A stretch of 64,000 bases of DNA from Thermoanaerobaculia bacterium (GTDB lineage Bacteria; Acidobacteriota; Thermoanaerobaculia; UBA5066), in contig JBBRRY010000004.1 in assembly GCA_038245905.1 (NCBI GenBank), positions 32,001 through 96,000 of the forward strand, written 5' to 3'. Positions within the stretch are counted from its first letter, which is position 1, and the number at the start of each line of letters is the position of its first letter. Positions 30,132-39,498 of the stretch are shown here, in pieces. The notes beneath the pieces were generated by a model, which was given only the letters and a program-made list of their open reading frames with translations, had not been told where the DNA came from and searched no databases. A program made the position numbers and the translations under genes.

Positions 30132-30737
30132 TCAGTTGCGCCCGAACGGGAACGGAATCACGTCGCCGTCACCGGGCGTCTGGGGCTGCTCCACGGCGGC
30201 GGGACGGTCCGCGCGCGCGCCGCGCCGGACCTCGAGAATGAGGTCGCACAGCTCGCGGACCGCACCGGCGCCTCCGGGCTTCGTCAATTGAAGAGCCGCG
30301 GCCTCCCGCACGATCTGAACGGCGTCGGAGGGCGCCGCGCCGACGCCCGCGCGCCGTAGGATGCCGAGGTCCGGCAGGTCGTCTCCGACGGCCACGATCT
30401 CGAACGCGTCGAGCGACCAGCGCTTCGCGAGGGAATCGAACGCGGCCACCTTGTCACGCTCGCCCTGCAAGACATTCTCCTCGGGAATCTTCAGCTCGGC
30501 GCAACGGTGAGCGACGACCCTCGACGTGCGGCTCGAGATGATGCCCAGCTTGTAGCCAAGGTCGCGCAGGAGCACGAGGCCGAGGCCGTCCTTCACGTCG
30601 AACGTCTTCCACTCGCGCCCGTTCTCGTCGAACGTGATCGAGCCGTCGGTCAGGACGCCGTCCACGTCGAGAACGATCCCGCGGATGCGCGAGAGCTTGG
30701 TTCGGAGGTCGTCGGGGACGATCGGGTTCGCGGGCAT
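30132..30737 (-). CDS. kdsC: KDO 8-phosphate phosphatase (HAD)
   Basis: DVDGVLTDG, KDGLG, GDDLPD, GGAGAVRE. Confidence 0.92.
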   Translation of the reverse strand: MPANPIVPDDLRTKLSRIRGIVLDVDGVLTDGSITFDENGREWKTFDVKDGLGLVLLRDLGYKLGIISSRTSRVVAHRCAELKIPEENVLQGERDKVAAFDSLAKRWSLDAFEIVAVGDDLPDLGILRRAGVGAAPSDAVQIVREAAALQLTKPGGAGAVRELCDLILEVRRGARADRPAAVEQPQTPGDGDVIPFPFGRN

Positions 30738-30766
30738 GTGTGCGGGAGATTATGCGCCGCGGGCCC

Positions 30767-31744
30767 CTAAATCGATTCGATTCCCCAGAGGTCGTGCAGG
30801 TGCAGGATGCCGGAGGGCCTTCCGTCGGCGTCGAGCACGAACAGCGACGTGATTTTCTGCTCCTCCATGAGCCGAAGCGCCTCGGCCGCGTAAGCGGCGG
30901 CGACGATCGACTTCGGAGCGCGGCCCATCGCGTCGGCGGCCGTGTCGCTCATGATCTTCGGCCCGTCCCGCTCGAGGAGGCGGCGAATGTCGCCGTCCGA
31001 CACGACCCCCACGAGCCGTCCGGACGCATTCGTGACGCCCGTGATGCCGAGGCGCTTGCGCGACATCTCGTACACGACGTCCTTCATGGCCGCGGACTCG
31101 GGCACGAGGGGGATGGCCTCTCCCGTGTGCATGAGGTCGGCCACCTTCCGGAAGCGTTTCCCCAATTTCCCTCCGGGGTGCAGCGCCGCGAAGTCCTCGG
31201 GCTGGAAGCCCTTCTCGACCGAGAGCGCCATTGCCAGCGCGTCGCCCATCACGAGCTGGGCCGTCGTGGAGGCCGTGGGCGCGAGGTTCAGCGGGCAGGC
31301 TTCCTCGCGGATGACGACCGGGACGACGACGTCCGCGCCCTTTCCGAGCGTCGAATCTCTCCGCCCGGTCATGGCGACGAGCGTCGCCCCGCGCCGCTTC
31401 ACGTGGGGGATCAGCGCGACCACTTCGGCGGCTTCGCCCGAATGCGAGAGCGCAAGCACGACGTCGCCCTTCAGGATCATCCCGAGATCGCCGTGAATGG
31501 CTTCTGACGGGTGGAGAAAAAAGGCCGCGGTCCCCGTCGAAGCCAGAGTCGCGGCGATCTTCTGTCCCACGATCCCGCTCTTGCCGATTCCCGTGACGAC
31601 AACGCGGCACGACGTGACGGACGTCGCCTTCATGGCCTCGACGGCCCGGTCGAAACCCTCGTCGAGCCCGTCGGCGAGGCCGCGAACGGCCTCGGCCTCG
31701 GTCTCGATCACGCGGCGGGCTTCCCGGCGGGCGGACGTGGTCAC
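30767..31744 (-). CDS. kdsD: Arabinose-5-phosphate isomerase (KpsF/GutQ)
   Basis: GIGKSG, ASTGT, HGDLG, APTASTT, HPGG, CBS pair. Confidence 0.94.
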   Translation of the reverse strand: MTTSARREARRVIETEAEAVRGLADGLDEGFDRAVEAMKATSVTSCRVVVTGIGKSGIVGQKIAATLASTGTAAFFLHPSEAIHGDLGMILKGDVVLALSHSGEAAEVVALIPHVKRRGATLVAMTGRRDSTLGKGADVVVPVVIREEACPLNLAPTASTTAQLVMGDALAMALSVEKGFQPEDFAALHPGGKLGKRFRKVADLMHTGEAIPLVPESAAMKDVVYEMSRKRLGITGVTNASGRLVGVVSDGDIRRLLERDGPKIMSDTAADAMGRAPKSIVAAAYAAEALRLMEEQKITSLFVLDADGRPSGILHLHDLWGIESI

Positions 31745-31756
31745 GGAAGGTCGATC

Positions 31757-33718
31757 TTACTTGCTCCGGCCGAGAAGCACCGTCTGCGCTCCCGTCGCCG
31801 GGTCGATGCGAACGAGGCGGCGCTCGGCATCGAGGAACAAACACGACGAGGGCAGGCCAGCCTCTGCGGGCTGCAGGACGGGAGAGAACCATGACGAGAA
31901 GCGGTCCGCGGGGACGAGACCGTCGGGACCTGCTGAAACCGCTCCCGTTCCAGTGTCTACGAACACGATCTTCCACGCAGACCGCGAGCGTTCGTCATTG
32001 CTTCGAAAGGGAGTGAGAGCCACGGCCACGCGTCCGGGCGAGACCTCGCCTCCGAGAATGGCGCCCGCGGCTGGACCGAGCTCGATCGAGCGCGCGGGCG
32101 ATCTTTCACCCTCCAAGAAAATTTTCAGAATTCCCTTCCCATCCGCAACGCCGGCCACCGCCATGCGGCCGCCCGACAGGAACCTCACTCTCGGCGCCTC
32201 GAGATCCTCCGAGAGCGTCATGAGGTGCGCGCCTGTCCGCCCGTCGTGGAGCGTCAGGATCTGGGGCGCCGACGGGTCGTCTTTCGTTCGCCGCGTCCCG
32301 ACAAGGAACCGCGCGTCTGCACTCAGGCGCAGGAACGGGAGGGTCCCGGGTTCGAACCGGCCGGTCACGAGGGATTTCTTCGAAGACAGGGAGAACTCGG
32401 TGATGTCGAGTCTTGCCAGGTCCAGGCCCTTGACCTGTGTGTTGAAGAATCTCGGAAAGGCGCGAATCGTGTCCTCGTCGACGAACGTGTACCGGAGGTC
32501 TCTCGCGATACGGAAGACGGCGATCTGCTTCGGGTTCCCGGCGTCTGACACGTCGAAGGCCGCGAGCGTCTTCCCGTCGAAGGACGCGAGGCGCCGGCCG
32601 CTGGGCGAAAGGGCGAGCGTGGCCCAGCCCGCGGGCTCGAGGCCCGTCGCGACTGGACGGCCCGCGGAGAGGTCGGCGACGAAGAGGTCGAGCCTGTTGT
32701 CCTTCATCTCGAAGAATCCGAATCGAGGCTCGCCCCACGCGGCGCGGGTGCCGTCCGCGGAGAAGGCGACGGTCCCGTCCCACGAGAACGGACACTTGAC
32801 GAATCGGCCCGACATCGCGTCGAAGATGAACGAGGCCTCGGCGGAGCCGCGAGAGCGCACCGCCCCGGCGACGCCGACCCACGTACCATGCGGGGCCGCC
32901 TGGATGCCATCGACGTGTACGAGGTCTTTCGGTGTGGCCGCGTTCACCCACAGGGCGAGGCCGCCGAGCGGAAGGGCGAGCAGAGCCGTGAGCCCCCACA
33001 GAGTCACCGACAGCGCGCCATGCGAGCGCCGCGCGTCCGTCCTCCCGTCGGCCACCTGCATGTAACTGGCGGCGAGGAGAGCGGTGATGAGCGGAGCGGC
33101 CAGCCACCAGGCGAGCCACTCGGGCGAATGTTTCATCTCGTAGAGGTTCCAGAAGCCGGCGAGGAAAAGACTTCGGAGGGAGAGAGCGATCAGGGCGGCG
33201 AACAAGGCGGCCAGAAGAAAGTCGAGGACGATCCAGGCCGACCGCAGGCGCACCATCGAAGAGAACGTGTGTGCCCCGGCAAGGAGCAGAAGTGTCGTGA
33301 GGACGAAGTAGACAGTGGCCGGGCCCGAAGTATCGAATGCGGCGAAGGCTCGTTTCCCGTCGACGAGAATCGTCGGGATGGCGGCGAGGCAGGCTCCGGA
33401 AACCGAGATGAAGAGAGCTCCAAGCAGCTTTCCGGCCCAGATCGAAACCGGGGGTAGCGGCCGCGAAAAATAGAATGCGATGCGCTTCTGGGTGATTTCG
33501 GAGACCAGGATCGTGGCACCGAACGCGATTGGAAATGCCACGGCGATCGTGAGGGCGAGGTAGAACGCGGCCACGAAGCGGACATCACGCGCCCCTGCGC
33601 CGCCCAGGCCTGGAAGAAACGGCAGGGTGAGCGGCAAGAGGCCCACCAGCAGCGTTCCGAGAAGAACGAGTCTCCTCTCGACGATCTCCCGCGCCGCGAC
33701 GGCGAGCGTGGTTTTCAT
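31757..33718 (-). CDS. ABC permease-like membrane protein with C-terminal beta-propeller-like domain
   Basis: FYFSRP...IWAGK permease motif, several TM helices, then AFSADG/LSPSG/LSADA repeats; ATGA-coupled to the ABC ATPase. Confidence 0.7.
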   Translation of the reverse strand: MKTTLAVAAREIVERRLVLLGTLLVGLLPLTLPFLPGLGGAGARDVRFVAAFYLALTIAVAFPIAFGATILVSEITQKRIAFYFSRPLPPVSIWAGKLLGALFISVSGACLAAIPTILVDGKRAFAAFDTSGPATVYFVLTTLLLLAGAHTFSSMVRLRSAWIVLDFLLAALFAALIALSLRSLFLAGFWNLYEMKHSPEWLAWWLAAPLITALLAASYMQVADGRTDARRSHGALSVTLWGLTALLALPLGGLALWVNAATPKDLVHVDGIQAAPHGTWVGVAGAVRSRGSAEASFIFDAMSGRFVKCPFSWDGTVAFSADGTRAAWGEPRFGFFEMKDNRLDLFVADLSAGRPVATGLEPAGWATLALSPSGRRLASFDGKTLAAFDVSDAGNPKQIAVFRIARDLRYTFVDEDTIRAFPRFFNTQVKGLDLARLDITEFSLSSKKSLVTGRFEPGTLPFLRLSADARFLVGTRRTKDDPSAPQILTLHDGRTGAHLMTLSEDLEAPRVRFLSGGRMAVAGVADGKGILKIFLEGERSPARSIELGPAAGAILGGEVSPGRVAVALTPFRSNDERSRSAWKIVFVDTGTGAVSAGPDGLVPADRFSSWFSPVLQPAEAGLPSSCLFLDAERRLVRIDPATGAQTVLLGRSK

Positions 33719-34659
33719 GTGTTCCTCCCCGGCGACGCTTCGCCCGCGACGGCGACAAAGATCTCCTCGAGGGACAGGGCGGAAGCCTCGGCGTCCACGA
33801 CGCCCTCCTTGGCCGCGAAGCGCGCGAACGCCTCGTCGCCGTAATTCGAGACGACCGCTTCGACGCCCCAGCCCCGCACCTTCACCTTCACCGCGTCGAA
33901 ATCGGAGAGCTCCTGGCCGTAGAGAGCCGGGTCCTCGGTCTGTTCGTTCGCGTAGCGCAGGCGCCGGAAGCGTCCTTTGAGCGTTTCGAGGTCCTCGTCG
34001 AGAACGAGCCTGCCGCCCTTGAGCATCCCCACTCGGTCGGCCATCTTCTCGACGCCTGACAGATCGTGCGAGGTGAGAAGAACGGTCGTCTCCCGGTCGG
34101 CCAGCTCGCCCACCAGCTCGTCGAAGAACGCCGCGCGCGCCACGGCATCGAGGCCCAGCGTTGGATCGTCTAGCAGCAGGAGTTCCGGCGACGATCCGAG
34201 CGCCAGCGAGAGCGACACGAGGGCTTTCTGGCCCTTCGAGAGGCTGCCGAAGAGAGTGTCCGGGGGGACTCCGAATCGGCGAAGCCTGTCGAAGACGGAG
34301 GCGTCGTTCCAGCGGGGGTAGAGTCGCGAGAAGAAAGCCGAGAGTTGGCGCGCCGTCATCGAGGGCGGCGCGTCCGGATCCTCGGGGACGACGCCGGTCC
34401 TTGCCATCAGGAGTGAGCGGTGTTTCCAGACGTCCTCGCCGAAGAGGAAGCACTTCCCGGACGACGGCTTCTGCTGGCCGAGGAGGCAGCGCACGAGAGA
34501 GGACTTCCCCGCGCCGTTGCGCCCCAGGAGGCCATAGACGGAGCCACGAGGGATGGAGAAAGAGACTTCTTCGAGCGTAGGAGAAGGGTTGCCGCCGTAC
34601 TTCACGAGGAGGCTCTTGACCTCGACCACGGCAGCCTCGTTTCCGCGCATGCCGTTCAT
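33715..34659 (-). CDS. ABC transporter ATP-binding protein (YtrB-like)
   Basis: GRNGAGKSS, LSKGQ, LLDDPT, SHDL, LSLEEIF. Confidence 0.92.
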   Translation of the reverse strand: MNGMRGNEAAVVEVKSLLVKYGGNPSPTLEEVSFSIPRGSVYGLLGRNGAGKSSLVRCLLGQQKPSSGKCFLFGEDVWKHRSLLMARTGVVPEDPDAPPSMTARQLSAFFSRLYPRWNDASVFDRLRRFGVPPDTLFGSLSKGQKALVSLSLALGSSPELLLLDDPTLGLDAVARAAFFDELVGELADRETTVLLTSHDLSGVEKMADRVGMLKGGRLVLDEDLETLKGRFRRLRYANEQTEDPALYGQELSDFDAVKVKVRGWGVEAVVSNYGDEAFARFAAKEGVVDAEASALSLEEIFVAVAGEASPGRNT

Positions 34660-35063
34660 TTCACCCCTCCGTCCCTCTTCCTTCTAAGAAATCCCAGACT
34701 GCGTTCCACGCGACCCATCGCATCCTCGTTCGTCGCGCCGAGCGTGACCGCAAGGCTCGCGTAGCGCATCGCGCCCCCCTCCAGGTCCTTCTCGCGCTCG
34801 CCTCGCGCGAGCGCGGGCGGCTTCTCGGCGACGAACGTCCCTTCGCCTCGCTTTACGTCGAGAACCCCGGCGTCTACGAGGCGCTGGTAGCCCTTTGCGA
34901 CGGTCGCGGGGTTGATCGACAGGTCGCGAGCGAGGTCACGCACCGAAGGCATGACAGAGCCGGGCTTCATCGCTCCCGACGCCACGAGCCGCCGTACGTT
35001 GTCCTCGATCTGCCGCCAGAGGGGGACGGCGTCGGAGGGGTCGACCTGCAGTCCGCGAGTCAT
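34656..35063 (-). CDS. GntR family regulator, YtrA subfamily
   Basis: PLWRQI, PSVRDLA, INPATVAKGY, RGEGTFV; short C-terminal domain; upstream of an ABC ATPase. Confidence 0.92.
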   Translation of the reverse strand: MTRGLQVDPSDAVPLWRQIEDNVRRLVASGAMKPGSVMPSVRDLARDLSINPATVAKGYQRLVDAGVLDVKRGEGTFVAEKPPALARGEREKDLEGGAMRYASLAVTLGATNEDAMGRVERSLGFLRRKRDGGVK

Positions 35064-35074
35064 CCCTTACCGCC

Positions 35075-35125
35075 TCGGTGTATCATTACACCGATACAGT
35101 ACGGACGCCGACGCCTTCCTGTCAA
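35075..35125 (-). promoter_or_regulatory. Sigma70 promoter overlapped by YtrA-type operator dyads
   Basis: Minus strand TTGACA (35125-35120), 18 bp, TACTGT (35101-35096); dyads TGTATC-N8-GATACA (35079-35098) and TCGGTGTA-N4-TACACCGA (35075-35094). Confidence 0.75.
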
Positions 35126-35158
35126 GGGTTTCGCGCGAATTAAATCAAACGGGCCGGG

Positions 35159-35998
35159 TCAGGGGTTCGTCTGGCGCCTGAGCGCGTCGAACTTCAGGAG
35201 GTCGGCCAGGAACTTCGGAAGGATCGCGAGTGGAAGCTGCGTGGCCTTGTCGGACTTCGCGGCGGCGGGATTGTCGTGGACTTCGAAGAAGTAGCCGTCC
35301 ACGCCGACCGACGCCGCCGCCCGGACGAGAGCAGGAGCGTATTCGCGCGAGCCGCCTGTCTCTTTGCCGAGGCTGCCCGGAAGCTGAAGGGAGTGCGTCG
35401 CGTCGTAGATCACGGGAACGCCGAGCGACCGCATCATGGGGAGGCCTCGGAAGTCTACGACGAGGTTGTGATACCCGAAGCTCGTGCCGCGCTCGCAAAG
35501 CATGACGTTCGAGTTCCCGGCGGAATGGCACTTGTCGACGATTTGCTTGCAGTCGTCGGGCGCCAGAAACTGTCCCTTCTTGACGTTCACGGCCTTCTTC
35601 GTGGCGGCCGCCGCCATGATGAGGTCGGTCTGCCGGCAGAGGAACGCGGGGATCTGGAGGACGTCGGCCACTTCGGCCACGAGCGCGCAGTGCTCGGGGT
35701 CGTGGACGTCGGTCAGGACAGGCAGGTCGGTCTTCTCCTTCACCTCCGAGAGGATCGCGAGCCCCTTCTCGATGCCAGGCCCCCGGAAGCTGGCCCCGGC
35801 GGAACGGTTCGCCTTGTCGAACGAGGATTTGTAGACGAGCCGGTCGGCGACCCCGGCGTCCGTGAAGACCTTTTTCAGCTCTTTCGCCATTTTCAGGGCG
35901 TGCGCCCGCGACTCGATGACGCACGGGCCCGCAAAAAAGACGGGGCGACAGCGGTCGCCGACGGAAAGGTGCGGCGTGATCGAGGCGAAGACGCGCAT
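35159..35998 (-). CDS. kdsA: KDO 8-phosphate synthase
   Basis: AGPCVIES, KSSFDKANRS, QIPAFLCRQT, KKGQF, ERGTSFGY, DATHS. Confidence 0.96.
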   Translation of the reverse strand: MRVFASITPHLSVGDRCRPVFFAGPCVIESRAHALKMAKELKKVFTDAGVADRLVYKSSFDKANRSAGASFRGPGIEKGLAILSEVKEKTDLPVLTDVHDPEHCALVAEVADVLQIPAFLCRQTDLIMAAAATKKAVNVKKGQFLAPDDCKQIVDKCHSAGNSNVMLCERGTSFGYHNLVVDFRGLPMMRSLGVPVIYDATHSLQLPGSLGKETGGSREYAPALVRAAASVGVDGYFFEVHDNPAAAKSDKATQLPLAILPKFLADLLKFDALRRQTNP

Positions 35999-36035
35999 GT
36001 GCAGGCCAGTCTAGCGTGACCGCGGGAGCCGCCGC

Positions 36036-36782
36036 TCAGGGCTTGTGCGCGACGAGGTAGTGGTCCATCCGGTCGGCGCGCCGCTGGACGTCCGCCAGGC
36101 CTTCGGCGGCAAGCCAGGCCTCGACGTCGGAAAGGGCGTATCGCTCGTGGACGCCCGGCGAGACGGTGTCGAAGTACTCGAGGATCTCGCCGGGCGGCGC
36201 CACGGCGCGGAGGGCCTCGACCTTCTCGGGAAAAGTAAGGGGTGCGACGCGCGCCCGCCAGGCCTCGACGCCGGCGACCTCCTGCTCGTCAGTCGGACAG
36301 CCCGGCCTTGGCCGGCCGTAGAGCATCAGGAAGAGGACGCCTCCGCGGCGGAGGGAGGCCACCAGCCGCGCGAGCGAACCGCGGACGTCGCCGGTGTGGT
36401 GAAGCACCCCGAAGCTCCAGACAAGGTCGAAGGACGCGCCCACGGCCAGCGGGGCGAGGAGGTCCGCGGCGAGCGCCCCGCGGAAACCGGGGAGGCCCGT
36501 GCAGGCCGCCCGCGTCGCCAGGAGGGCGGGGAGCGAGCGGTCGACCGCGAGGACACGCGCCCCGAGCCGGCAGAGCGCCCAGGTGTGACGGCCGCATCCG
36601 CAGCCCGCGTCGAGCGCGTCGCGCCCCGCGAACCACTCCGGAGGCCGGCCGACCCACTCGGCCACGAGCCCGGGCAGCTCCTCGCGGAACTCCGGGCTCG
36701 CGAGCGACCACCGGTTCTGGGGGAGCCGCGACCACTGGTAGTCGAAGCTCGCGCGCGTCTGGAGGACGTCCAGATCGGTCAT
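36036..36782 (-). CDS. Class I SAM-dependent methyltransferase
   Basis: SFDYQW, LDAGCGCGR motif I, FDLVWSFGVLHHT; starts 19 nt after the precursor stop. Confidence 0.85.
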   Translation of the reverse strand: MTDLDVLQTRASFDYQWSRLPQNRWSLASPEFREELPGLVAEWVGRPPEWFAGRDALDAGCGCGRHTWALCRLGARVLAVDRSLPALLATRAACTGLPGFRGALAADLLAPLAVGASFDLVWSFGVLHHTGDVRGSLARLVASLRRGGVLFLMLYGRPRPGCPTDEQEVAGVEAWRARVAPLTFPEKVEALRAVAPPGEILEYFDTVSPGVHERYALSDVEAWLAAEGLADVQRRADRMDHYLVAHKP

Positions 36783-36801
36783 CGCGGCGTCGGCGGGGAG
36801 G

Positions 36802-37164
36802 TCAGCCGTGGCCGAGCTGCTTGTTCGGACCGGCGAAGCCGCCGCCGAGCTGCTGCGCGCCACCGAGCTGCTGCATGCCTCCGAGCTGGGCGCCTCCGAG
36901 CTGCTGGTGGCTCATGCCGCCCGCCACCTTGTCGAGGTCCTGGTCGACGAGCTCACCGCCAGGGAGAGGCGGCAGAACGAAATGGCGCGTGCCCGCCGTG
37001 TCCTCGACGAAGCGCACGCTCACGCCCTCCGAAAGCCGGATTCCGACCCCGGCGAGCGCCTCGTGCGGCGCGGAGAGGAGGCGGGCGCGAAACGCGGGGT
37101 CCGATGCCGCCTTCGATTCGATGGACGCGAGCGCTTCGGGGGAGATCACGTCACGAAGGCCCAT
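36802..37164 (-). CDS. NHLP (nitrile hydratase-like leader peptide) RiPP precursor
   Basis: KAASDPAFRARLL..P, VRFVED, HFVLP, ELVDQDLDKVAGG double-glycine site; 37 aa core; strong AAGGAGG RBS. Confidence 0.88.
   Translation of the reverse strand: MGLRDVISPEALASIESKAASDPAFRARLLSAPHEALAGVGIRLSEGVSVRFVEDTAGTRHFVLPPLPGGELVDQDLDKVAGGMSHQQLGGAQLGGMQQLGGAQQLGGGFAGPNKQLGHG
36811..36906 (-). repeat. Coding tandem repeat, (Q)QLGG units
   Basis: CCGAGCTG on the + strand at 36812, 36845, 36863, 36881 and 36896. Confidence 0.85.
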
Positions 37165-37285
37165 TTCGTCCTCCTTGATTCCGGGTCGGGTCGGCTCGCA
37201 ATTGAGACTCTATCAGGTTCGGAAGCGGAACCGCCCCACTCCCCCGGAAGGAGCCCGCCGGCCTCAGAATGGCCTGAGAGGGAAC

Positions 37286-37777
37286 ATGTCCATCCGCATT
37301 CTCGTGACCGGCGGGACCTTCGACAAGGAATACGACGAGTTGACGGGCCGCCTCTATTTCAAGGACACGCACATCCAGGAGATGCTGCGGCTCGGCCGCT
37401 GCCGCGTGCCGGTGGCCGTCGAGACGGTGATGATGAAGGACAGCCTCGAGATGATTCCCGGGGATCGCGAGACGATCGCCTGGCGCTGCCGGGAGGCCGC
37501 GGAAAGCTGGATCGTCGTCACGCACGGCACCGACACGATGGTCGAGACGGCGGCGATCCTCGCCGAGGCCGAGACGGGGAAGACGATCGTCCTGACGGGC
37601 GCCATGGTGCCGTGGGCGTTCGGCAGCTCCGACGGCCTCTTCAACCTCGGGAGCGCATTGTCGTTCGTCCAGGTCCTACCGCCGGGCGTCTACGTCGCCA
37701 TGAACGGCCGCTGCTTTCCGTGGGACGACGTCCGGAAGGACCGCGAGCAAGGAGTCTTCGAGAGGATCGAACGGTAG
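37286..37777 (+). CDS. Short asparaginase-domain protein
   Basis: TGGTFDK, HGTDTM, LTGAM, SDGLFNLG; N-terminal domain only. Confidence 0.85.
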   Translation: MSIRILVTGGTFDKEYDELTGRLYFKDTHIQEMLRLGRCRVPVAVETVMMKDSLEMIPGDRETIAWRCREAAESWIVVTHGTDTMVETAAILAEAETGKTIVLTGAMVPWAFGSSDGLFNLGSALSFVQVLPPGVYVAMNGRCFPWDDVRKDREQGVFERIER

Positions 37778-37817
37778 GGCGTTCCGCCACAGGAGGGTTC
37801 GGCCGCAGAATGCAACC

Positions 37818-39482
37818 ATGAGTAAGCCCATCACATCTCCATTCACGGGCCTCGGCCTCGACGCCCGGCTCGTGAGTGCGCTCGTGGCCCTGGGCTACGA
37901 AGAACCCACCCCCATCCAGAGCGCCGCGATCCCGCCGCTCATCGAAGGCCACGACGTCTTCGCACAGGCCGCCACCGGTACCGGGAAGACCGCCGCATTC
38001 GCGCTCCCGATCCTCAACGCAATGGCCGCTCCTTCCGAAAGGGGAGTCGCCCCTTCCGCCCTCGTCCTCGTGCCGACCCGGGAGCTCGCGATGCAGCTCG
38101 CGGAGGCCGTACACAAGTACGGCCGGGAGATGAACGTGAGGGTGCTTCCCGTATACGGGGGAGCCTCGATGGAGACGCAGCTCCGGGCTCTCAAGCGCGG
38201 AGTGGACGTCGTCGTCGCGACCCCAGGGCGCGCGCTCGATCACGTCAACCGGAAGTCGCTCGCGCTCGGAAGTCTCAAGACGCTCGTCCTCGACGAGGCC
38301 GACGAGATGCTCGACATGGGCTTCGCGGAGGATCTCGACGCGATCCTCGCGGCGACGCCGAAGACGCGCCAGACGGCGCTCTTCTCGGCGACGCTTCCGC
38401 CCCGTATCGCGACGCTCGCGGCCCGCCACCTTCGTGACCCGATCCGGATCGCGATCGAGAAGGAAAAGACCGCTCCGGGGAAGATGCCGAAGGTGCGGCA
38501 GACGGCGTACGTCGTCGCCCGCGGCCACAAGCGCGCGGCACTCGGCCGCATCCTCGACCTCGAAAGCCCGGCGGGAGCGCTCGTGTTCTGCCGGACGCGG
38601 ATCGAGGTCGACGACCTGACCGAGAGCCTCAAGGGCCGCGGGATGCGGGTCGAGGCGATGCACGGCGGGATGTCGCAGGAGCAGCGCGACCGCGTCATGA
38701 AGAAGTTCCGCGCCGGGACGCTCGAGCTCCTCATCGCGACGGACGTGGCCGCGCGGGGCCTCGACATCGGGCATCTCTCGCACGTCGTGAACTATGACGT
38801 GCCGTCGTCGCCGGAGGTGTACGTCCACCGCATCGGCCGAACCGGGCGCGCCGGGCGGGAGGGCGTCGCCATCACTCTTGCGGAGCCCCGCGAGCACTGG
38901 CAGCTCAAGAACATCGAACGCCTCACGAAGCAGAAGATCGAGATCGCGAGCGTCCCGACCGTCGCGGACCTCCGCGCGAAGCGCCTCGAGCTGACGCGGG
39001 CGTCGCTCCGCGAGTCGATCCTCAAGGGAGGCCTCGACGACTATCGCGTCGTCGTGGAGTCGCTCGCCGAGGAGTTCGATCCGATGGACGTGGCCGCGGC
39101 AGCCGTGAAGCTGGCCGACCCGGCGGCCGAAGGCTCCGGCTCGGTCGGGGACGAGCACGAGATCCCGGCGATCGCCGCGGCACCGCCCGCGCGCGCGAAA
39201 GCGGGCCCGAAGTACCAGTCCGGGGGACGCGAACCCGGCAACTCCGCACGCATCTTCATCGGCGCCGGGCGCGCCGCGGGCGTCCGCCCGGGAGACCTCG
39301 TGGGCGCCATCTGCAACGAAGCCAAGGTCAGCCCGAAGGACGTCGGCTCGATCCAGATTGCCGATCGCTTTTCGCTCGTGGAGATCTCCGAGGCGCTCGT
39401 CGAACCGGTCATGAAGGCGCTCCGGGGCACGATGATCCGCGGCCAGAAGGTCGTCGTGAAGCGCGACCGCGTCGGGGGATAG
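37818..39482 (+). CDS. deaD: DEAD-box RNA helicase with DbpA-type C-terminal domain
   Basis: AATGTGKT, PTRELA, DEAD, SAT, ARGLD, HRIGRTGRAG, RPGDLVGAI. Confidence 0.92.
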   Translation: MSKPITSPFTGLGLDARLVSALVALGYEEPTPIQSAAIPPLIEGHDVFAQAATGTGKTAAFALPILNAMAAPSERGVAPSALVLVPTRELAMQLAEAVHKYGREMNVRVLPVYGGASMETQLRALKRGVDVVVATPGRALDHVNRKSLALGSLKTLVLDEADEMLDMGFAEDLDAILAATPKTRQTALFSATLPPRIATLAARHLRDPIRIAIEKEKTAPGKMPKVRQTAYVVARGHKRAALGRILDLESPAGALVFCRTRIEVDDLTESLKGRGMRVEAMHGGMSQEQRDRVMKKFRAGTLELLIATDVAARGLDIGHLSHVVNYDVPSSPEVYVHRIGRTGRAGREGVAITLAEPREHWQLKNIERLTKQKIEIASVPTVADLRAKRLELTRASLRESILKGGLDDYRVVVESLAEEFDPMDVAAAAVKLADPAAEGSGSVGDEHEIPAIAAAPPARAKAGPKYQSGGREPGNSARIFIGAGRAAGVRPGDLVGAICNEAKVSPKDVGSIQIADRFSLVEISEALVEPVMKALRGTMIRGQKVVVKRDRVGG

Positions 39483-39498
39483 TCGTCGGTGCCCGCGT

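Noticed and set aside
37286-37777. Truncated asparaginase as a pseudogene
   Set aside because: Clean RBS, start, stop and catalytic motifs; short single-domain forms are a known family.
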